A DNA stretch of 64,000 nucleotides from Octopus sinensis (Eukaryota). The position numbers and the translations under genes are program-made. Under the pieces are notes generated by a model that was not told the origin of the DNA, did no database searches, and saw only the letters and a program-made list of their open reading frames with translations. The stretch is taken from contig NC_043000.1 in NCBI RefSeq assembly GCF_006345805.1, positions 60,574,001 to 60,638,000 of the forward strand, in the 5' to 3' direction. This document shows positions 50,039-61,869 of the stretch, piece by piece; within the stretch, counting starts at the first letter, position 1; every line of letters starts with the position of its first letter.

Positions 50039-50239
50039 CGTGCTTTTTCTTAGATGAATTTATCGTTCGTTATCTCACCACACACTTCGTTACCACTAAC
50101 TTCTATAACCTCTACATTTTCACTTATTCATTTCAAACTTCTTTGAATTTTCAATCTAATGTAATCCACAGTCTCTGGAAAACGTATTTCTGCAAAATGT
50201 TATCTAAAATTATCGGTAAAGAAAGAAATAGTAAAAACA

Positions 50240-50380
50240 TTATTTACATTCGACGGATATTTGTACTCATCTTATTTGTTGTTAACACGTTTCGGCTGAT
50301 ATACCCTTCATCAGGTGTCTTGGGAAAATTTCGAACCTGGGTTCTCATTCCTAAGGTATTCTTCGTTGTTGTTGTCGGAG
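50240..50380 (-). mobile_element. partial copy of the Penelope-tailed element at 4300-4810
   Basis: Shares CCAGGTTCGAAATTTtCCCAAGACACCTGATGAAG..TATATCAGCCGAAAC..TTAACAACAAA.AAGATGAG. Confidence 0.8.
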
Positions 50381-50837
50381 CTAAACACACATACATAACC
50401 ACATACACTCCCATTTATATAGCGTGTATGTATATATCTATATACATCTGTGTATACACACACACAAATTTTTCCGGAATCACTGTATCCGAAAAGGTTG
50501 TCTTTTGGACAAAAAAAAATTTTTAAGCAATAATTTGCGAGAAAATGGCGGGTGGGGACGGGAGGAATCTTTCCTATTTTTTGAATGTTTAACTTTTACG
50601 AAACCTCCTTATTTTAACCGTTTAATGCACTAGCTTTCCCGATTGAAATATGAAAAAGAACCTAATGTGTGAAATGAGATGTAATAAAAGAAAATGTAAT
50701 TGTTTAAAGTCTCATCTTTCTTGGTTTTGACGAAAAGTCACTGATCTTGAAAAAGTGGAAATAATAAATCTCTGATCGAGGTATAAACAATAGCTGCACG
50801 ACATCGTGAAGTATACTTGCCACCTAAATGTGGCTAA

Positions 50838-51234
50838 CCCTTAAGGGTTGATGCTTCTGTAGCTTGTAGCCCCAGGAAGACATCTCCTCCAGCTGGCTAT
50901 TGACACACTTTCTGTGCCCTATCAGTATTTGCAAAGGGAAGTCATCGTTCCCATCTCCAGCCTGACATAATACACACGGACCCGAGTTTCCGAGTATTAA
51001 AAGGATATATATATTTGCTTTGAGAACTACTTCCCATCGCCAACCGGTGGTTGTCACACACTGATGACGGGTCAATACCCAGAAACTCGGGTCTGTGTGT
51101 ATCACGTCAAGCTGGAGATGGGAAGGATGACTTCCCTTTGCAAATACTGATAGGGCACAGAAAGTGTGTCAATAGCCAGCTGGAAGAGATGTCTTCCTGG
51201 GGCTACAAGCTACAGTAGCATCAACCTTTAAGGG
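50838..51234. mobile_element. fold-back MITE, about 160-bp arms, TTAA-bounded
   Basis: 50838-50999 is reverse-complementary to 51073-51234; CCC-TTAA-GGG.. / ..CCT-TTAA-GGG termini. Confidence 0.9.
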
Positions 51235-52539
51235 TCACACTTTAAAGAAATGGCAAAGCGAGAGAGAGAGAGAGGAGAACAGAGAGGAAGTAAGAGAGAA
51301 AGAGACAGTGAGTGGTGACGGCGTTCGTTTTATGTTTTTAAATGTTTATCACATCGCAAGAGAAGTAAACACATAGATACAAATACACATTGTTAAATCA
51401 AAAGCGGGAGAGAAGAGGGACACAAAAGAAGTGAAAGAGAAAGAGAAAGTGAGAGAAAGATAGAGCCAAAGAAAAGCTCATACTTAGATACATAGACACA
51501 GCAAATATTGGATGTCTATTTCACTTTTCATTACCAAAAGAGGATAAAATCAACTCAGAAATGGCTGGAGTTCTCCACAGACATGCATAACATTAATGTA
51601 GTTCTCAGGGCGATTCAGCCCCACACAAAATATGACAAAGCTGGCCCCTTTAAATTACAGCTAAAACTCTACACACACACGCGCGCGCGCGCGCGCGCAC
51701 ACACACACACACGCACACACGCACACACATAAATGTATTTGTGTGTGTGTGTGTGTAAAGTTTAGGTTAGTTAAAACATGTTTGCAATAACAAGTGTCGC
51801 GTGGTGGAAGCCACCGTCAAATGACTGAAACAAGTAAAAGAATAAAAGAATACCAGAAAAACGGTCCGAATCCACTTAAGCAAGAAGGTTCTTTGAATAT
51901 GTACGATGTATTTTAAGGTTAAATAGTAATTCCGTTTACGTTTGTGTAACTGAGATATTTTGGTTGGATTATATAGTCATTGGTGTTACATTACTTTCTA
52001 TATTCTGTAACTGTCACAATATACTTTTCTAGGCCTGAAATTTTTGTGGGGAGTGGGGGGTGGGCAGTTGATTAGAACGACCCCAGTACATAACTGGTAC
52101 TTAATTTATCGACCTCGAAAGGAAGAAAGGCAAAGTCGACCTCGGCAGAATTTGAACTCAGAACGTAAAGAACGTAAAGACAGACGGTCATTATATACGA
52201 ACATTTCTCATGGCACCAGTACACTGTTTATAGATGCTTACATTTTAAAAATTTTCCGTGAATTTTTCACGGGTCCTGCTAGTAGTAGTAGTAGTAGTAG
52301 TAGTGAATAAAGATTCAGATAGAATCGGGTGCTTGAAAAGATATGTACCAGATAGGGTTCGATAAACTTGTGGTCAGCACCTATGATTGATAAATATGAA
52401 ATATGATTTTCCGGTTCTGTACACAAAGAAAACCAATCTATGAGTATTTAGCGCCTAAGGGCTGGTTCAAAGCAACGTTAATTATTCGTTGTTGGTATAC
52501 TCCAGAGTGTCTGACGTGTCGTAGATCTCTATGGTGTAT

Positions 52540-52911
52540 TATAATCAAATGAATAATAATAGACGATGAATAATTGTCAGCTTATTACAGTTGTTTCTTA
52601 TGCATTTTTAAAAATAGATGAACGAGAACATTACTTCGTTGCCAAAAAACCGTAATCATCAGATGAAACATAATTTCAAAAACAAAAGAAGTCTGTCGAG
52701 GCTTACCATGGAAATGGTAAGCCTCGACAAACTTCAACGACGTCCCTGCTGCATTCTCGGGATATTCATTTGTTTTTGAAATTGTTTCATCTCATGGTTA
52801 CAGTTTTTTGCAATGAAGTAATGTTCCCGTTCTTCTATTTAAAAATGCGTAAGAAACAGCTGTAATGAACTGACAATTATTCATCGTCTGTTGTTATTCA
52901 TTTGATTTATA
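52540..52911. mobile_element. fold-back MITE-like element, about 145-bp arms, internal perfect hairpin
   Basis: 52540-52686 is reverse-complementary to 52769-52911; 16-bp perfect stem 52694-52709 / 52714-52729. Confidence 0.85.
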
Positions 52912-53528
52912 TATATATATATATATATGCACGAGCAAAACGCCCCCTGTTCAATGGACGGTGCTGAGTTGTTAAACATTTAAACCAAATTTTCTCAAAA
53001 TAACTTGTCCGACCGTCCCTTTGAGAAACACTGATTTAACCTAAATTTAAGATGCCAGCAAAAGAAGAAATAAAGATGGACTTTTTTTCTATTCCAAAGA
53101 AAAACGATTTTATTCACACAAATATGCAACCGAAGAGTTTAAAGTACCAGTAATGATAAGGCTGTTGACTGGGAGAACACAAACATGGTTTAAACAGTAA
53201 GCTTGGCAGGAAAGAAACGTGCCTTTAAACAGTACAAAAACAACAAAAGATGGAAGGTGCAGTTATGTACAGGTTGACGGAAGAAAAGCAGGACAAAAAG
53301 ATGCATGCAAATGGGTTAGCTGGAGGTAAATCTAGATGGAAATGCACGATGAATTTATGAGAATGTACCTGGGACAATAATAAGTTTATCCGATAAAACA
53401 TGTAGGAAATCAACTTGGGGCGATTTTTTAATGAAAAGCAACAACCTAGGGAACTAAGTAACTAATTTTAAGCTAACTTACTTTACGGGATGTTCAAGGG
53501 CATGGAAAGCTAGTGGAGCGTGTTGTTG

Positions 53529-53603
<75 letters not shown>

Positions 53604-54066
53604 ATATTTCGGAATGGTCATATTGCCAGTTTAGCCAATAAAAACACATGCACTATATATTTGGTGTTATTTTGCTTCAGTGTTATTTATTTTTTACATT
53701 AATCTTAATCTTATTTCGGCCAGAGTTCTTTCGTCACACTCCTGTGACCGCATCAGTGGTCCTTTGTTTTCTTCTTTCTTATTTGTGTCTCTCCTTACTA
53801 ACCGTCAGCCATTTTGTATTTCTATTGTATGTTTTAATTTGCGCATGCTTATATCTCTATGTGCGTCTATGTTTATTTAGTGTGTGTATATGCCTGTAAT
53901 ATTTGTATCTTCTGTTTATATATGTTCATGTAATTTGTATTTTGTTTTTGTTGTTTTTGTTTATTCTTATTTTGTTCAGGTGTTTACATCCACTTATTAT
54001 TATCATTACATATGCTTGTATGTATGTATAACAACAATACTAGTAATAATAATAATAAATCGAATC

Positions 54067-54390
<324 letters not shown>

Positions 54391-54448
54391 TTTATTTCAA
54401 TTAGTTTATTTATCTGTGTATTTATTATGTTTTCAGGATCCTCTATCG

Positions 54449-55990
54449 TCATATGTTGTGGTATGTGTTAGTGCTCCATTCTAGTTTTCTATTCAGGCTA
54501 GGTTTATTTTCTATTATGTGTGTAGCTTCTGTAATTTGTCTAATTGTTGCATATGTTCTATGTGTGGACAATATTTTAATTTCTATGTTATTGATTGATC
54601 CCCCGTGTTCCTGTTCGGCGTGTTGGTACAGAATCGATGAGCTTTTACCTTCCTTGAGTTGTCTCCAATGTCCATTTACCCGCTCTCCTATGCTTCTTGC
54701 CGTTTCCCCTACGTATGTCGTTGTCTTGTTACTGCATCGTCCCTCTATACATCTTATACTATAGACTACATTTCCGGCTTTACAGTTTGTTTGTGGGCTA
54801 AATCTACATACAGTACAGTACTTATCCGTACAGGGGGTTCTACTAAAAGGATAGGTTCTACCAATTATAGATTTGATAGGGTTGCCTGGATTTTCAACAA
54901 CCTTAATTCTTAGCTTAAGTTTGTTTAGGGTCCTTCTAAAGCGGTACACCAGTTCACCTCCAGGGGTGGTGTCAACGAACATGACACTCTGGTATTTATG
55001 GCTATCATACCAAGAGTTGGTCTTCCCTATTTTCTTTTTTGTCCTTTCTATAGTGTTCCATGACTTGTTCCTATAGAGTGTGCAAATCCCATTCCTATCA
55101 TTACATAATATATTATCAAATTTCTTCATGGCTCCTTTGTATACTCTGATCCTTTCTTTATGGCTGTAACCCGAGAACTGCATGCGGTGCATGAAATATT
55201 GTATGTGTCTCTTTAACTCGGTGGGCTCGCACATGCGTGACACATTTCTCATTATTCTGACGAGGTCTGCCATCAAAATATTGAATTTGGCATTGTCCGC
55301 AATGGCTGAGTTCCGGTGGATCAAGTATTTTGAGGCCATAGGTTTGGCATAGTACGAATGAAGGATTTGGGTTTTATTATTCACAATTTCTAGCCAGAGT
55401 TCAGTGTCTAGTACTGGTAGTCTATGGTTGGGGTGTTTAGTGGGGTAGTCTATTGTGACCTTAATACTCTGGTGGATGGAGTTAGCTATTTGCTGGATGT
55501 TCTCCATAGTATTAGTTTCTATTTCTATTTCAAGAGTACTCTCTTGTGGGGGTGCCTTTACCACTATGTTGATATCATCAACATAGCGAGAGTACATGTT
55601 TACGAGTATGGAGTTCTGTGTTAGGCGTTCTTTAAGCCTTCTGTCCCACCATACCATGAAAAGGTTGGCCACATCACCAGCGATACTAACGCCGATGGCT
55701 GCCCCCTCGTCCTGGGCATATATTTTATTATTAAACTTAAACGTGTGACCTTTTAGGGTAACTCTTATACTAGCTCCTAGTGTCTGTGCGATCATTTTCT
55801 TTATCTGATGGACATTTGCGGGGCTCCGTATGGCTCTGTCCATCCGCGCCATCTTTCTATATGTGTCTTCCTAGCCATAGAAGTAATTGTGGGCGGTCTA
55901 CCTCTTAAACATCTACTGGGGCAGAAACTACTAAGATTATGTTTATCTAAGTATTCATTATTACATGTCAGTCTAAGTAGGAGGCCCAGT
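54449..55990 (-). pseudogene. PLE reverse transcriptase plus GIY-YIG endonuclease (5'-truncated, one frameshift near 55850)
   Basis: ORF 54449-55852: QDEGAAIG, YSRYVDDI, LPVLDTEL, CTDKYCTVC linker, NVVYSIRC..TYVGETARS..R..H..H..H, E..I..KPSLN. Upstream frame TEELGLLLRL..RGRPPTIT continues to about 55990. Confidence 0.9.
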
Positions 55991-56160
55991 TCTTCTGTTC
56001 ATTTGAGTATTATTTTTTCTTTTCCTTTGCTGCATGCTTGTTTATATTATGGATTTTTTTTTGTTTTAATTTGTCATATTGTGTGCCATTTTGGTGATTT
56101 GGTATCCACCTTATATTCTGAAGCCACTACAAGGAATTTTGTTTCGTGCTTCCGCACTCG

Positions 56161-56775
56161 AGGGGGAGCCTTTGTAGTGACGTCATATTCCAGTGTGCGC
56201 ACACGCAACGTCATTCTTCAGTGTGCGTGTGCGGAACGTCACCTTTGTAGTGACGTCATGTTCCAGTGTGCGCACACGCAACGTCATTCTTCAGTGTGCG
56301 TGTGCAGAACGTCCTTCTTCAGTGTGCGTGTGCGGGGTTGGAACCTTCTAGAACCTTCTGGAAAGGCATAAGGAAGTTCCCTCCTGCACATGCGCTAGAG
56401 ACTGAAGAATAAATTCCATAGCGTTCCTTAATAGCGTTCGGGGACTTGAGACACGGCGATAGAAGAGAAAGGACGTATATTTTGAAACCTGTGATCAGCC
56501 TATTCTCCTGTCCCAGACGCTTATTATTTAACCTGTTCTACTGCTGCTGAATTGTTGTAAAGCTTACAAACGTTTGAATTCAGCCTTGCTGCGTTGAACT
56601 AGGTGGATACCAGCATACCATCGTGTTTCATTGTTGAACCAAGAAAATAAAGAATTATATATATTTTTAAACTTGCGTTTCGTTCCTGACTGGTAGTTTC
56701 TAGAAACAAAAAGAAAGGAAATTGTGTTGCACCCAAGTTGCACCCCAAAAGTGTAAAGAAGCAACCAGTTCCCTT

Positions 56776-56779
<4 letters not shown>
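56161..56779 (+). mobile_element. probable LTR (polypurine tract plus TG...CA) with 73-bp tandem repeat
   Basis: GAGGGGGAG before TGTAGTGAC (56173), AATAAA motifs, ends TTTACA (56779); units start at 56169 and 56242. No partner LTR in the window. Confidence 0.45.
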
Positions 56780-56829
<50 letters not shown>

Positions 56830-57159
56830 ATATGTATTTTTTTTCGACTCGATTTATTATTATTATTACTAGTATTGTTATTCATACATACATACATACA
56901 AGCATATGTAATGATAATAAGTGGATGTAAACACCTGAACAAAATAAGAATAAACAAAAACAACAAAAACAAAATACAAATTACATGAACATATATAAAC
57001 AGAAGATACAAATATTACAGGCACCCCCCCACATACACACACTAAATAAACATAGACGCACATAGAGATATAAGCATGCGCAAATGAAAACATACAATAG
57101 AAATACAAAATGGCTGACGGTTAGTAAGGAGAGACACAAGTAAGAAAGAAGAAAACAAA

Positions 57160-57204
57160 GGACCACTGATGCGGTCACAGGAGTGTGACGAAAGAACTCT
57201 GGCC
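57160..57204 (+). ncRNA. hammerhead-like motif variant (mirror copy 53718-53762 on minus)
   Basis: CCA-CUGAUG(CG)-GUCAC(AGGAGU)GUGAC-GAA-AG(AA)CU-C-UGG; non-canonical at core position 9. Confidence 0.45.
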
Positions 57205-57509
57205 GAAATAAGATTAAGATTAATGTAAAAAATAAATAACACTGAAGCAAAATAACACCAAATATATAGTGCGTGTGTTTTTATTGGCTAAACTGGCAAT
57301 ATGACCATTCCGAAATATAACAATATCTGTTTCAACACACGACTTCACATAAAAAAATCTTGCACAACAAATATTTAAACGTATATATATATATATATAA
57401 TGTATACTGTATTGAGTATGAAAGGAAATAGTGAGTACTTAGTATGAAAGATTAAGAAAGTGAGAGAGACTGGATATACGTATTAACAATACGAGACACT
57501 TTATTAGAC

Positions 57510-58897
57510 TGCTTATACAAGGTATCTCCCGGGGCAGGAGATTTACTGATTGTCTCTGTATCAAGGGAGATAATGGGCGACGTTAATTGTTCATATTTGT
57601 TGTGATGATTACATTAACAGAGCGCAGCCTTGTAAACCACATTCCTTGTTACTCCGTCTGCAGCGTAGTAGAAAAGGTTTGTCGAACAGCCAAACCTCGA
57701 ACAGCCCACATACAGTTATCCGTGCGAAAAGCAAGGAGTACTGAGGTCCAACCCTACGACTTTCAGTGACTGCCTCTGTGCTTTGTTGATCGGTCATCGC
57801 GAAGCTCAGGCGAATAGGGAATTGAACGCGTTTCATCGGGTAAAAACAGTCCGACGGAATCAATGGCATGCAGGAAATAAAAACATCCCCTGCTCCTTGA
57901 CCCGTGGTAACTTTTGCCTCGAGAACGTCATCCAAAAGTTGGGTGAGAACCAACCGAGAGCCATTGCAAAGTCGTGGGGGTTCCAAGTTTCGGAGGAGAA
58001 TAATGGGACTTTCAACCTTGAAGCAGAGTTTATGGTTGTGGTAAACCCGATGGTTCTTGTGAGCTAAGAAATTCGGTCGGGTACACCATGACTTACTCTG
58101 GATCAGTAATTGAATCAACGGATGTGTAGATTCGTTCCTGAGTCGGCAGTTGACGAAGGAGGCGAGTGTTAAGCGTATTGACGTTGGCATTGGTTAGCGC
58201 TAAAATGGCTCTATCACACAACCATAGATGGTCACCGAAATTAGAAGATAGGTCGGGGTAAACTGTCTGACAAAGTTTAGAAAATGCAAATATTGCACGA
58301 TTAAGAAGCAAGCAAATAGTCTTTTGTTTCTAAAATCGAAGTATTTTGACTACATTCACCTTGAAATAAAGCTCAAACAATCTTGATTGAATACAATAAT
58401 GGTTTTCTTTCACTAAAAACCACACTTTTTTGGTTTGTCCATTCATAATAAATGAAAACAATAAGTTCGACTGTAGAGTAACTTCTTCAAAGAGTATATC
58501 CATAAAGGGACACCGGAGTACATCCACGCAGAATGCGTCGTCTCAGACTGTAAAGGGAGGCAATTAAATTGAGTTTGGCTAATTTGTTTGGCACTCAACA
58601 ATAGTTGAAAAAGAAAAAGAAAGAAAAATGATCGACTATGTATGAAATATGCATGCTTGGTGTTAAGGGAAGCAACTCCTATCAGCACCATAGAGTCGAT
58701 TGTGCAACCAAAGAAAAACGATTTCCCACTGCTTTATCGATCACATTCTCACCTGGAATCGATTTTTGTAATTTTTTCAAGACTTATACACACCCTGATA
58801 CCGTCGGTATCTACATATCAAATTTGAGAGCAATCGGCTGGAGGATGCCCGAGATCCGAGAAGACACACACACACACTGAACGGATTTTATATAAGA
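57510..58897 (-). mobile_element. internally deleted Helitron retaining the Pif1 helicase C-terminus
   Basis: 5' TCTTATATAAAATCCG..CCGATTGCTCTCAAATTTG end at 58897; WLCDRAILALTNANV, PIILLRNLEPPRLCNGSRL, KRVQFPIRLSFAMT, FSHG.LYVG.SR at 58310-57640; ATCTCC..GGAGAT hairpin near 57525. Confidence 0.85.
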
Positions 58898-58899
58898 GT

Positions 58900-58990
<91 letters not shown>

Positions 58991-58994
58991 ATAT

Positions 58995-59024
<30 letters not shown>

Positions 59025-59028
<4 letters not shown>

Positions 59029-59352
59029 ATATAATTCGAGACAAAACCACTATTTTAAAACCAACAAGGAAAGACTTAATCAATACATAAAATTTTAATA
59101 TAAATTAAATAAACCGCCACTACAAATGTTTCATGTCTGCTACCGACAATCTTCAGGTGGATTTTCGATCTTCTAATCAGTATCAAAATTTGATACTGAT
59201 TAGAAGATCGAAAATCCACCTGAAGATTGTCGGTAGCAGACATGAAACATTTGTAGTGGCGGTTTATTTAATTTATATTAAAATTTTATGTATTGATTAA
59301 GTCTTTCCTTGTTTGGTTTTAAAATAGTGGTTTTGTCTCGAATTATATTATA
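59025..59352. repeat. 328-bp near-perfect palindrome of a PLE-type terminal repeat
   Basis: Centre at 59188; arms identical apart from a 1-nt indel; hammerhead-like motif in each arm. Confidence 0.93.
59216..59259 (+). ncRNA. type I hammerhead-ribozyme-like motif (mirror copy 59117-59160 on minus)
   Basis: CCAC-CUGAAGA-U-UGUC(ggUAGCA)GACA-U-GAA-ACA(UU)UGU-A-GUGG: core, helix II, short helix III, GUA triplet, helix I CCAC/GUGG. Confidence 0.6.
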
Positions 59353-59434
59353 TAATATTTTACTATAAAATTGGATTTAACCCTAAATCTGATTTTTCCC
59401 TGTAATTTTGGATTCATTCCCTAATATTTATTAT

Positions 59435-59475
<41 letters not shown>

Positions 59476-59513
59476 CGTACGTACATACATACATACATAC
59501 ATACATACATACA

Positions 59514-60075
59514 TGGTGGCTGCGCCCTCGTTATCGAGTATGGCCATTGCACGAAGCTTAATAAATGTTGTTATCGTGCAATGCCTGTGCAAGAATATTT
59601 TTTTGAAAGTGAGGAAAGGCTGTGCACTGAGTCAATCCCACTCACTAAGCAACAGCAGTGATAATCCGAAAAGAAGAACAAGTCAACATCATCGGTAACC
59701 ACTGAGCCGCAGGTTTTATGTCGGAATTATCCCAGTTACCTGAGTTACCTTCTCCTAGAAGGATACCCTAACAGAGGCTAGGAGTCCTTAACTCCCAATG
59801 GTTTAACCGCGCGATCGGGTATTCAGTTCGATTATTTCTATGTCCCCGCGCATGATACAGCCTTAAGACATTTATTGGATGGTCGTTGACTCTCAAGAGT
59901 TCCTCCGCCCTTTGACGGATTTTGTTTTTCATCCCGCAGGGTGTCCAATAAACACCCTCCTCACCAAGCAAGCTTGGTGGGGTTGCCGGTTTAGTCGCCG
60001 ACGTCCCAACCATGCAACAGGTTGTACTGGGTTACATGTTACCAGTAGCACTCGAAAGTGACCTGACAATAACAT
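59514..60075 (-). mobile_element. non-autonomous RTE-like element (5' UTR-like head, (ATGT)n tail)
   Basis: GGCGACTAAACCGGCAACCCC and GGAGAAGG..AAACCT motifs recall RTE 5' UTRs; 3' hairpin CATTGCACGA/TCGTGCAATG; no ORF. Confidence 0.5.
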
Positions 60076-60491
60076 ACATACATACATACATATGCATACA
60101 TACACACACATATACCCGCGCGCACACAGACGAGCATAACATTGCAAACACCTTTTTAATTGCTTTAAAGAGTAAAATAAACGTCTATTGCTGTATTGCT
60201 GATGTCATTACGGCTAAAACGTCTTGGAAAAACTTTTTCACAAGACAAGTGTTTATTTTATGCTCTTAAAAGCGAAGAATTTTAGCAATGACTCTAGAGC
60301 TAAAATAAACAATTTAAGGTAAATTTCATACTAAACTAATACAGATGCTAAGTAGTAAGTTAACTTTTAATAAGTAGAGACAAGGACGAAGAATGTTTGT
60401 TATGCTTACTTTGAGCAGTTGTCTTCCACTCGCTTTTTAGCTATACGATGACGCATTTTACTACTTTATGCACACAAACACACAGTTCACG

Positions 60492-60570
60492 CGCACGTGC
60501 ACGCACACGTGCACGCACACGTGCACGCACACGTGCACGCACACGTGCACGCACACGTGCACGCACACGC
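60492..60570. repeat. 12-bp tandem repeat (GCACACGTGCAC)n
   Basis: Six CACGTG at 60494, 60506, 60518, 60530, 60542, 60554. Confidence 0.95.
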
Positions 60571-60892
60571 AGCTATATAAAACAATAAGATTAATGTGAT
60601 GTTGCCATAAGATGAATGTTGAATATTAGATTAACGAGGACAGGAGTTTCGCTTTCAAACCATCATCTGTTTTATTGTTAAAGGTTCCAAAATGGAACAG
60701 GACGGTTTCAAGAAAGAAACGAGTTGCACAACACCGGAAAATGTTATGGCCTGATTCTGTGAGAGAATATTGTGCTCATTTTGGCGATTTAGTTGAAAAG
60801 CTTTTGTGGTTGTGTGTATAGGAGAAAGAGATCGATAGATAGATAAATAAATAGATAGATAGATAGATAGAGAGAGAGGGGGGAGAGGGAGG

Positions 60893-60949
<57 letters not shown>

Positions 60950-61177
60950 AGAATTGAGTGTCTCTTGCCACGGTTGATTTTTGAGTTCGTGGTAGTTTGG
61001 TCATTGGGTGTTGCAGACTGCTCATGTTGGTAAGTCTGGTTGTCGAATAACTGATAGTGGAGATAACGTATCTGCCCTGAGTCTCTTCATCGTCTGATTT
61101 GCTCGTTTCTGTGATTGTGTCACTGAGTGACCGTCTGTCTATCATCTGTTCCTCTTTTCATATAAACTCAGGCAAAT

Positions 61178-61551
61178 GGTTGGCACTCCGTCGGTTACGA
61201 CGACGAGGGGTTCAGTTGATCCGATCAACGGAACAGCCTACTTGTGAAATTAACGTGCAAGTGGCTGAGCACACCACATACACGTGTACCCTTAACGTAG
61301 TTCTCGGGGGAGATTCAGTGTGACAGGGCTGGCCCTTTGAAATTTCAGGTACAACAGAAACAGGAAGATAGAGTGAGAGCAAGTTGTGGTGAATGAGTAC
61401 AGCAGGGTTTGCCACCATCCCCTACCGGAGCCTCGTGGAGCTTTAGGTGTTTTCGCTTAATAAACACTCACAACATCCGGTATGAGAATCGAAACTGCGA
61501 TCCTACGACCGCTAGTCTGCTGCTCTAACCACTGGGCCATTGCATATCCAC
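61178..61551 (-). mobile_element. tRNA-derived SINE (further family), full-length with TSD
   Basis: Head TGGCCCAGTGGTTAGAGC..GtTTCGATTC; 14-bp TSD AAACTCAGGCAAAT at 61164-61177 and 61552-61565. Confidence 0.9.
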
Positions 61552-61569
61552 AAACTCAGGCAAATACCT

Positions 61570-61860
61570 GTATATTAAATACCTTGCATCAAAAATCCAT
61601 GAGCTATTAAAATTACCTTGAGAAATTGGGTTTCTCAAAACCAGAAAGGAGAAAGCTGATTCTAAGACTACAAATTCGAAGACTACAGATCATTGAAACT
61701 GTAAAAATCAGTAAAACATTCTAGAAGCTTATCATTTAAGTAAATATAAGCATGTCTAGACATGCAACTGTATGCATGAGAATACAATAATACAAAACAT
61801 ACAAATCTGCATACAAAAATACCTTGTTGTTGTTGTTGTTATCGAAATCCCAATGAAGGA
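61570..61860 (+). mobile_element. RLE-type LINE 3' end relic
   Basis: ..LEKLGFSKPERRKLILRLQI..VKI.KTF* followed by an A/C-rich UTR and (TTG)n. Confidence 0.4.
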
Positions 61861-61869
61861 GCTTTGGAT

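Noticed and set aside
52694-52729. Rho-independent terminator reading of this and other hairpins
   Set aside because: Eukaryotic context, no U-tract and no upstream bacterial-type gene; no sign of prokaryotic or phage DNA in the window.
55808-56371. 187-aa plus-strand ORF
   Set aside because: Antisense to the PLE RT and running into the 73-bp tandem repeat.
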